From: a virus | Taxonomy: Duplodnaviria > Caudoviricetes | Virus record (IMG/VR): IMGVR_UViG_3300020045_008791 | Coordinates: 1 to 43,488 of that record | Length of the DNA: 43,488 bases | Strand: one strand, 5' to 3' | Shown here: in pieces, positions 37,932 through 43,488 of the stretch | Layout of the letters: every line of letters starts with the position of its first letter | Numbering within the stretch: the stretch's first letter is position 1 | Position numbers and translations under genes: made by a program | The notes under the pieces: model-generated | What the model saw: the letters and a program-made list of their open reading frames with translations, nothing else | Database searches by the model: none | What the model was told of the DNA's origin: nothing

Positions 37932-38495
37932 ATGAGAACAAACATCCCCATAAGAATCATAGTACATCACAGTGGTGGCTTGCGTGATAATCCTTTGGCT
38001 GATACTTCGCATCATACGTTTAATGACGTGGACACATGGCACAGACATGACCCAAACGTGTGGTTGGGAGAATACTCATCTCTTGGACACGCAATCGGAT
38101 ATCACTACTTTATAGAGAAAGATGGTAAAATTACACAAGGACGTGCTGACACAGATGAGGGTGCACATTGTAAAGGGCACAACATTGATAGTATCGGAAT
38201 ATGCTTGGCTGGGAATTTTGATGTTACTTTTCCAACAAAAGAACAAGCGGAATCGTTAAAAGGTCTTTTGTCGAAAAAAACAACTGAATACAAAATATCT
38301 ACAGACAACGTAATACCGCATAGACATTTTGCAAGTAAGTCATGTTACGGCCGGAATTTGTCCGACACTTGGGCGCGTGATCTATTAAAACCAGTGTATG
38401 TATCATCGTGTGCTATTGAGAAAGAAGAGATAAAGAACCTGAAGCAAACATTGTCTTGGTATGAAAGTTTATTGCAAATGATTTGGAGAAGATGA
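37932..38495 (+). CDS. N-acetylmuramoyl-L-alanine amidase (Amidase_2 endolysin)
   Basis: IIVHHS, IGYHY, GR...GAHCKGHN.DSIGICLAGNF, HRHF..KSCYG. Confidence 0.92.
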   Translation: MRTNIPIRIIVHHSGGLRDNPLADTSHHTFNDVDTWHRHDPNVWLGEYSSLGHAIGYHYFIEKDGKITQGRADTDEGAHCKGHNIDSIGICLAGNFDVTFPTKEQAESLKGLLSKKTTEYKISTDNVIPHRHFASKSCYGRNLSDTWARDLLKPVYVSSCAIEKEEIKNLKQTLSWYESLLQMIWRR

Positions 38496-38591
38496 CTTGA
38501 ACTGAGTTTCCAGTAGAGAAGAAGCAAAATACATAATAAAGTATTCTATCCCTACTGGAATTTCGGTTTAAGCCGAAAAGCTGCTCTTTCT

Positions 38592-38732
38592 ATGCTCCAT
38601 AAAGTCGTTGTTGTCCACGACGGGGTTACATATCTTGTCGTGATGAGTTTTCAAATTCGTGATGGCTGTCTAGTCGTCACTGTTCATAGGGTAAACAAAG
38701 TTTGTGCTCTAAACCACCACAGGGTCGCCTAA
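38592..38732 (+). CDS. Small hypothetical protein (46 aa, not in ORF track)
   Basis: MLHKVVVVHDGVTYLVVMSFQIRDGCLVVTVHRVNKVCALNHHRVA. Confidence 0.45.
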   Translation: MLHKVVVVHDGVTYLVVMSFQIRDGCLVVTVHRVNKVCALNHHRVA

Positions 38733-38748
38733 ACGGCTCTCATGAAAC

Positions 38749-39009
38749 ATGAACTACACTTGTCAGGTTTGCGGTGCTCACATCGAGCGTTTTCACAGAG
38801 GAAGCCCATTTTGCTCCTCCGTCTGTTCCAGTCGGGCCGTGAAGACCATAAACCCCGTGCCTGCAGAACAAGGATCGATCGATCCATTCCCAAAACCTTC
38901 ATTTACGGCCCGTTTGGTCAGCTCCATCGCCGATACATTCAAAGCCCCTGAAGGCTACGAAGACGCGGACGGCTTTCATTACGGTCGGCCTTTAGACCCC
39001 AAGGAGTAA
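38749..39009 (+). CDS. Small zinc-finger protein
   Basis: CQVCG...FCSSVC; C-terminal APEGYEDADGFHYG. Confidence 0.65.
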   Translation: MNYTCQVCGAHIERFHRGSPFCSSVCSSRAVKTINPVPAEQGSIDPFPKPSFTARLVSSIADTFKAPEGYEDADGFHYGRPLDPKE

Positions 39010-39027
39010 GGGGGATAACTTGGGGTC

Positions 39028-39057
39028 GGGGGGTAGGGACAAACTACCCCCTTTTTT
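39028..39057 (+). terminator. Rho-independent terminator
   Basis: GGGGGTAG-ggacaaa-CTACCCCC followed by T6. Confidence 0.8.
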
Positions 39058-39112
39058 ATCCACATAAGGCAATTATAAGACGGTTCTAAGACGGTCTTAG
39101 GTATGCTATTAT
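39056..39112 (+). promoter_or_regulatory. Promoter with DnaA box
   Basis: TTATCCACA, 19 nt, TTCTAA, 17 nt ending TGC, TATTAT; TAAGACGGT repeated twice across the -35. Confidence 0.5.
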
Positions 39113-39122
39113 TTCAGTAAAC

Positions 39123-39272
39123 AATTTGCCGTTGTGTGTTGGGCTTCACGAGTTTCAACTAACTTTTCAAAGCTTATAAAATATAGAATAAACGCATGTG
39201 TAGCCGACATCTACACTTCTCCGCTAGATTGGGATATGCCTAACTATCCCACCTAGCACACAGTGGCAAATT
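39123..39272 (+). ncRNA. 150-nt fold-back structured RNA
   Basis: 21-bp closing stem 39123-39143/39252-39272 with four G-U pairs; inner hairpins GTGTAG/CTACAC and TGGGATA/TATCCCA. Confidence 0.65.
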
Positions 39273-39294
39273 CATTAGTAACTAATCTAATCAT

Positions 39295-39483
39295 ATGTTT
39301 TCACAAGAGTATATTGCGGCCCTTGCCATAGTAGTAGTGGGAGTATTAAAACTGTTCAAAATTGATGTGGGAACAGAGGAGATCAGTGCGGCTATAGTGG
39401 GACTTGCTGGTATCTGGGTAATGATACGCCGTTTCAACAAAGGTGATATTACAGTACTGGGTGCACGTAAGACTGTTAAATAA
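39295..39483 (+). CDS. Putative holin
   Basis: 62 aa, two TM helices, basic C-tail (RRFNKGDITVLGARK). Confidence 0.6.
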   Translation: MFSQEYIAALAIVVVGVLKLFKIDVGTEEISAAIVGLAGIWVMIRRFNKGDITVLGARKTVK

Positions 39484-39486
39484 ACA

Positions 39487-39861
39487 TTGTTTACACTACC
39501 ACCGGTTTTACCGCCTCCTAACAACGAGGTAATAATCCAAGTTTTATTAGAAGAATTTGGGCCTACTTTGATGCCAATTGCATATCAAATTGCCCGTTGT
39601 GAGTCTGGCCACAAACAGTATGAGTTAAATGGAAGTGTTCGCAGAGGTCGAGTCAATCCGAAAGACATCGGTTTTTTCCAGATTTCAGAGACTTATTGGC
39701 TCGATACTTCTATTAGACTCGGATATGACATACATACATTTGAGGGTAATCTAAAAATGGCGAAATACATATATGACCAAAAGAAAAGTTTTGATGACTG
39801 GAAGCACTCAGGTAAGTGTTGGGAACGATCAAAAGTCACGCAACTGCTTGCTTTGAGATAG
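39487..39861 (+). CDS. Lytic transglycosylase (SLT-like)
   Basis: IARCESG, DIGFFQI, NLKMAKYIY, W..S.KCW. Confidence 0.8.
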   Translation: MFTLPPVLPPPNNEVIIQVLLEEFGPTLMPIAYQIARCESGHKQYELNGSVRRGRVNPKDIGFFQISETYWLDTSIRLGYDIHTFEGNLKMAKYIYDQKKSFDDWKHSGKCWERSKVTQLLALR

Positions 39862-39863
39862 GC

Positions 39864-40193
39864 TTAGTCTAGAGGTATCAAATATGCGCTACAAGCCTCT
39901 GTAGTTTCCCTACAGTGTATTTCCACGTATCTCGGGAATACGTCGATCTTAGAGGGTATTTGAGCCTTATACGACCCATCATTGTCTATACCCTCGGCTA
40001 GATATTCTATAAACTGGTACTCGTCAGGGTTAGACTTAAACTTCATTATTAAAGCCACATTAACGGTAGGGGAGGCTTCCCTAGTGGGATAAGGCCACGT
40101 TAAATCAAGGGTCTGGGGTAAACTACTTGGGCTAAAATAAGCAACAGCCGTTAGAAGTATTAGTAGGAATAAGGCTATGAGTGCGGCTTTCAT
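39864..40193 (-). CDS. Membrane-anchored hypothetical protein
   Basis: N-terminal TM; NDGSYKAQIP beta domain; Cys pair. Confidence 0.65.
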   Translation of the reverse strand: MKAALIALFLLILLTAVAYFSPSSLPQTLDLTWPYPTREASPTVNVALIMKFKSNPDEYQFIEYLAEGIDNDGSYKAQIPSKIDVFPRYVEIHCRETTEACSAYLIPLD

Positions 40194-40372
40194 CCTTTTC
40201 CTTCAGTATCAGGGATTAAAGGAATAGGTGTGTAATTTTTAGATTCAATCACTGGTATTTCAGTAACATTGGAATTTCTGCGAAGGAGTGACATGGCAAA
40301 TATTGCTACCACAGCAATGAGTAGTAGTACCGCAATTACAGTTTTCAACTTGTTATTTGAGTGTTTCTCCAA
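40190..40372 (-). CDS. Small membrane protein
   Basis: One TM helix; ATGA-coupled. Confidence 0.6.
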   Translation of the reverse strand: MEKHSNNKLKTVIAVLLLIAVVAIFAMSLLRRNSNVTEIPVIESKNYTPIPLIPDTEGKG

Positions 40373-40408
40373 GGTGATTTAAGTGATTGAATTATACATA
40401 ATATACGA

Positions 40409-40618
40409 CTATCTAGCCATCTTTGATTCACTTATTATAAAGGCTTTCTTATGCTTCTTACTGGCACAAAAGTAGAATGGCCGCTTATACATCTTCCTTA
40501 GTTTACCTAGGCAAAAAGGGCATATACCGTCCTTCGCTCTCCATAACTCAGGTTCAAAAAGGGTTATGGGATTGTTGAATTTTAACTGTTTATATCTTGT
40601 GAATAAGTCTGGGATCAT
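40409..40618 (-). CDS. Small zinc-ribbon protein
   Basis: CPFC...YFC...H. Confidence 0.65.
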   Translation of the reverse strand: MIPDLFTRYKQLKFNNPITLFEPELWRAKDGICPFCLGKLRKMYKRPFYFCASKKHKKAFIISESKMAR

Positions 40619-40953
40619 TTCTTAATTAGAACTATCACAGAGTCTAGGGCGAAGTTACGCTTACATTCCTTATCATCACAACATTTACCATGTCCGCCAC
40701 AATAGCTACGTGGTTCACCGCAACCCAAACAATCACTTTTACAACTGTCGCAATCACACTCCTTTTTTACATCTTCTATCTTCTTTATTAACTCTTCTTT
40801 GTAAGAGGAGAGGAGTGTGGAGATAAAGGATTTGATATTGTCATTTTCCCATGAGCCTATCATGCCAGCATTCGTAGCATGTTCAGTAAATAGTTCACTA
40901 AACTTCTCATCAAACCTCTCCTCAGCCTCTTTCTTTAATTCGTTTAGAGTCAT
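40615..40953 (-). CDS. Cys-rich hypothetical protein
   Basis: ERFDEKF...IKSFIS N-domain plus ten Cys. Confidence 0.7.
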   Translation of the reverse strand: MTLNELKKEAEERFDEKFSELFTEHATNAGMIGSWENDNIKSFISTLLSSYKEELIKKIEDVKKECDCDSCKSDCLGCGEPRSYCGGHGKCCDDKECKRNFALDSVIVLIKK

Positions 40954-41234
40954 AGAAGTTTCTTAGCTTTCGTTAGTTCTTGTAATGAGGCTTGGATGTC
41001 GGAGATAAACTTGCCATTTATTACAAAGTGTTTAATGTCATACATTTCTACCCACTTTCCGTTTTTAATTAACATCTCTAATGTCTTTATGCGATCAGAA
41101 AGGATGAAGGATTTGATGTCTTTCTTTGAGGCAATCGGCATGTGCTCATCTGTCAATTTGTCTTTGAGCCACTCAGGAGACTTAAATCGCTCATCAAAGT
41201 CGCTCATATCCTGTAGATGTTGTTGTAAGGTCAT
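40950..41234 (-). CDS. Hypothetical protein, paralogue of 40615-40953
   Basis: Shares MTL...FDE.F...IKSFI pattern. Confidence 0.7.
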   Translation of the reverse strand: MTLQQHLQDMSDFDERFKSPEWLKDKLTDEHMPIASKKDIKSFILSDRIKTLEMLIKNGKWVEMYDIKHFVINGKFISDIQASLQELTKAKKLL

Positions 41235-41257
41235 ATCTTATATATTTGTGTGAATCT

Positions 41258-41350
41258 TCAATTAAGCACCATGGCTATAATGATACAAATTGCAATTCCA
41301 TTAATTAGCATGATTAAAAAAGTCAGGGCGGTTGGATTTTGTTGTGACAT
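41258..41350 (-). CDS. Small membrane protein (30 aa, not in ORF track)
   Basis: MSQQNPTALTFLIMLINGIAICIIIAMVLN after an A-rich leader. Confidence 0.55.
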   Translation of the reverse strand: MSQQNPTALTFLIMLINGIAICIIIAMVLN

Positions 41351-41377
41351 TTTTTTATTTATATTAATTCTCACAAT

Positions 41378-41455
41378 CTTGCTCACGGGGGGGCATCATC
41401 GTTGGGCTACCCTACCCACCTTATTCTTTGTATTCGGTGGCTCCCCACGAGCAAG
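41378..41455 (-). ncRNA. GC-rich multibranch RNA element
   Basis: 13-bp closing stem CTTGCTCGTGGGG/CCCCGTGAGCAAG (G-U pairs on the minus strand only); inner CCACC/GGTGG. Confidence 0.5.
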
Positions 41456-41483
41456 GTTCTAAGAAGTAAAGAACCTCTATCTC

Positions 41484-41729
41484 TTACTCTTTCTTAGGGG
41501 AAGACTTGTCAAACTCTTGATCGAGGGCTTTTGCTAAGAATGCCTCGCCTTTTGTCATCGGAGTATTGATTCCAATACAAGTAGGGCAATCTGCCTCGAA
41601 CTCTGAAATGGAAGCCCAGTCAGCCGTTTCCGCTAGAGAAATACCGAGCTTCGCACTCTTGATTTTTAGTCTTTTATGTGTCTTAGGATAGATTCTGATA
41701 TTAACTGTCGCCGTCTGTTTGGTGGCCAT
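41484..41729 (-). CDS. Ribbon-helix-helix DNA-binding protein
   Basis: TVNIRIYPKTHKRLKIKSAKLGISL. Confidence 0.7.
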   Translation of the reverse strand: MATKQTATVNIRIYPKTHKRLKIKSAKLGISLAETADWASISEFEADCPTCIGINTPMTKGEAFLAKALDQEFDKSSPKKE

Positions 41730-41796
41730 GTATATGGATATTATTACTAATAGGCAGAGTATAGCAGTTTTCTCATTATTTCCTCATATACATCTG

Positions 41797-42009
41797 TTAA
41801 AACAATGCAACCTTGGACAGCGACTCCTCTCTAACCCAAAATGGTTTTTCAGCAGACTCGATTATCTTTACAAGTACATGTTTCTTGTTAATTCCTCTCA
41901 TACCGGATTTTCGGCCAACAGTCATGACTTTCACCACAATGGTGTTTTTGTCCCGCATCCCCGGTCGTTTAATTTCGTACCTATATATTTTTCCTAAAGT
42001 GGTTCTCAT
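41797..42009 (-). CDS. Hypothetical basic protein
   Basis: 70 aa; ATG 7 nt after a -10. Confidence 0.65.
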   Translation of the reverse strand: MRTTLGKIYRYEIKRPGMRDKNTIVVKVMTVGRKSGMRGINKKHVLVKIIESAEKPFWVREESLSKVALF

Positions 42010-42016
42010 GTCATTT

Positions 42017-42060
42017 AATATAGCAAATCTGTTTTAATAATCAAGTTGATCTGTGAATAA
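42017..42060 (-). promoter_or_regulatory. Leftward promoter with DnaA box, probably leaderless
   Basis: TTATTCACA, 7 nt, TTGATT, 16 nt ending TGC, TATATT. Confidence 0.7.
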
Positions 42061-42489
42061 CTATTTTTCTAGTATCTTGGCGGCACTAATTATTAGTTCA
42101 ATGGCTCGCTCTTGCTCAAGTTGGTTCGTAAAAGAGATCTTTTTGCCATTGATTGCTTTTATCATTTCAAGAAAGAAATCAAGATAGATCACCACCTTGG
42201 TTTCCTCCAACGGCTCTCCAAAATCTTTGAAGGCAAGTACCGGTTCACAACCGAGTGATTCTAGTTTCTTTGTCTGTCTCCATGACTCCTTGTGACTTAT
42301 ATTTTTTTGATTTTTCGCCTCGATTCCCACACTTCGGCCAAAGATCATTAACGAAGTCGAGATATCCGCCTTTTCACGATTACCAGCACCACTACCACTA
42401 TCGGCACGAGCTTTTAGATCAAGACCCTTTTCAACGATTTGGTCAGCGACGTAATTAGCGAGTATCATCCCTTTTTGACGAGTGTTCAC
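42061..42489 (-). CDS. Holliday junction resolvase-like PD-(D/E)XK nuclease
   Basis: RQKG, SGAG...KADI, IEAKNQK, W.Q...PVL. Confidence 0.75.
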   Translation of the reverse strand: MNTRQKGMILANYVADQIVEKGLDLKARADSGSGAGNREKADISTSLMIFGRSVGIEAKNQKNISHKESWRQTKKLESLGCEPVLAFKDFGEPLEETKVVIYLDFFLEMIKAINGKKISFTNQLEQERAIELIISAAKILEK

Positions 42490-42818
42490 AGTAGTCTTTT
42501 TTGTGTGATTTCTCGCTTATAAGCATCTGGAACTTTGGGATAAGGGGTGTTATCGTTCCCCACCCTTTCTTGCGTCTCAGATGATTTTTGAGCCGTTTCC
42601 GATGGTATATAAGTCGCTATGTAGACAAAGTCCTTACCATTCGAGCCGTCTGGCTTCATTGTAGGTCTAGTTTCAGTAACGAATATCCATCCTGCCTTTT
42701 TAAGATCATCAATCCTCGCTCCAAGTCTAGTGATGTAATTTAGAAGACAAAGATTTCTCGATACTTCACCAGTGGATTTCAAACAATTCACGATAAATTC
42801 TAGTTGAGATTGTTTCAT
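42486..42818 (-). CDS. Helix-turn-helix protein
   Basis: Start moved to MKQSQLEF; YITRLGARIDDLKKAGW. Confidence 0.7.
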   Translation of the reverse strand: MKQSQLEFIVNCLKSTGEVSRNLCLLNYITRLGARIDDLKKAGWIFVTETRPTMKPDGSNGKDFVYIATYIPSETAQKSSETQERVGNDNTPYPKVPDAYKREITQKRLL

Positions 42819-42819
42819 G

Positions 42820-43104
42820 TTAGTTGAAATAGCGACGTAAGAAATTAACAATTACTCTATCTCTAATGTAACACCAAGTAACTAAGTAAATGCAGAGAAA
42901 GCCAAATATACCCATAGGTATGGAAACAAGAATACTTATAGTGTTTAAGCTAGTTACAGTGAGTAGAATTGTTACAAGTAAGGTGCTCCAACATCCAAGA
43001 AACAATCCCTGCCAAACAAACTTTTCATCCCGCTTGTGTTCATAAACCTGCTTCATTTCTATGAGAATATCGTGTTCCATTCTATCTGTTCTCAGTTGTT
43101 CCAT
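42820..43104 (-). CDS. Two-TM membrane protein
   Basis: Two hydrophobic helices; TAATG-coupled to NinB. Confidence 0.65.
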   Translation of the reverse strand: MEQLRTDRMEHDILIEMKQVYEHKRDEKFVWQGLFLGCWSTLLVTILLTVTSLNTISILVSIPMGIFGFLCIYLVTWCYIRDRVIVNFLRRYFN

Positions 43105-43488
43105 TATGGTTTATAATTTACTTCTTGCATTAACTTTGGATCTGGCAGTGGCACACCACTCTCGGCCGAGATTTTATCAAGATACAGACTCATTTCACCC
43201 TTTGACAATTCAGTTGTACTACCACTCATCATGTACGATTTCTCTTTCCATTTGACTGATTTCTTTGGAAGGAATAATCCCTTGAATAATCGATGAAGCT
43301 CATCAGTGTGGTGTCCAGTTTCACGGGATATTATCTCAAGGTACGCCCACATGTAGGCATTTTGATCTAACGAGCGCACTCCTTTAACTTTATCTATGTT
43401 GGCAAACATGTTCTTACCGTCATTGTCGAGCAAATATTCATGAAGAGCGCCGATGTTTGACCACTCGATCAAACCTTTATTCGGCTTA
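43104..43488 (-). CDS. ninB: NinB-family protein spanning the circular junction (true start ATG at 141)
   Basis: RSLDQNAYMWAYL..IS, STTELSKGEMS.Y and GVPLPDP; frame continues to MSKVFYFKPNKG at 141, ATGA-coupled to the 138-572 ORF. Confidence 0.8.
   Translation of the reverse strand, partial: KPNKGLIEWSNIGALHEYLLDNDGKNMFANIDKVKGVRSLDQNAYMWAYLEIISRETGHHTDELHRLFKGLFLPKKSVKWKEKSYMMSGSTTELSKGEMSLYLDKISAESGVPLPDPKLMQEVNYKP
43368..43488. repeat. Terminal direct repeat, copy 2
   Basis: Identical to 1-121. Confidence 0.95.

Noticed and set aside
39123-39272. tmRNA or 6S RNA (ATAAAC-GCA resembles a resume context)
   Set aside because: There is no GGGG 5' end, T-arm, CCA or tag-like frame, and the inner arms do not fit a 6S rod.
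3903-40606. TGTGAATAA matches at about 3903, 9885 and 40598
   Set aside because: They lie in coding sequence with no correctly placed promoter, so they are probably chance; this also tempers the weight of non-perfect boxes.
1-43488. Stop-codon reassignment or a temperate lifestyle
   Set aside because: Code 11 gives full-length genes, the only split being explained by the intron. No integrase, CI-like repressor or partition genes were recognised.

Overview
A complete, circularly assembled 43,367-bp tailed dsDNA phage genome; positions 1-121 repeat at 43368-43488. The layout is podovirus-like. A minus-strand early arm (39864-43488 continuing into 1-2093) encodes a PD-(D/E)XK exonuclease, NinB, a Holliday-junction-resolvase-like nuclease, HTH/RHH proteins and small ORFs. 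A plus-strand arm (2888-39861) encodes GroEL without GroES, TerS, TerL, portal, scaffold, capsid, adaptor/nozzle, ejection proteins, a long block of fibre-like proteins and lysis enzymes. I see no polymerase, helicase, primase, integrase, tRNA or CRISPR array. The host is inferred to be Patescibacteria (CPR, Parcubacteria-like) from protein motifs and A-rich leaders lacking Shine-Dalgarno sites. The main observations are: (1) about ten virion-module proteins carry N-terminal signal peptides or anchors, many with [AG]-[ST]-[ST]-T motifs and some with Cys-pair repeats, suggesting exported fibres; (2) a group I intron with an HNH endonuclease splits the major capsid gene, which the ORF track misses; (3) four promoters have a DnaA box 7-8 nt upstream of the -35; (4) there are several unannotated structured RNAs, including a kissing-loop element before the scaffold gene; (5) an ejection protein ends in an ART-PolyVal-like domain. 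All family calls are by eye and need HMM or structure confirmation.
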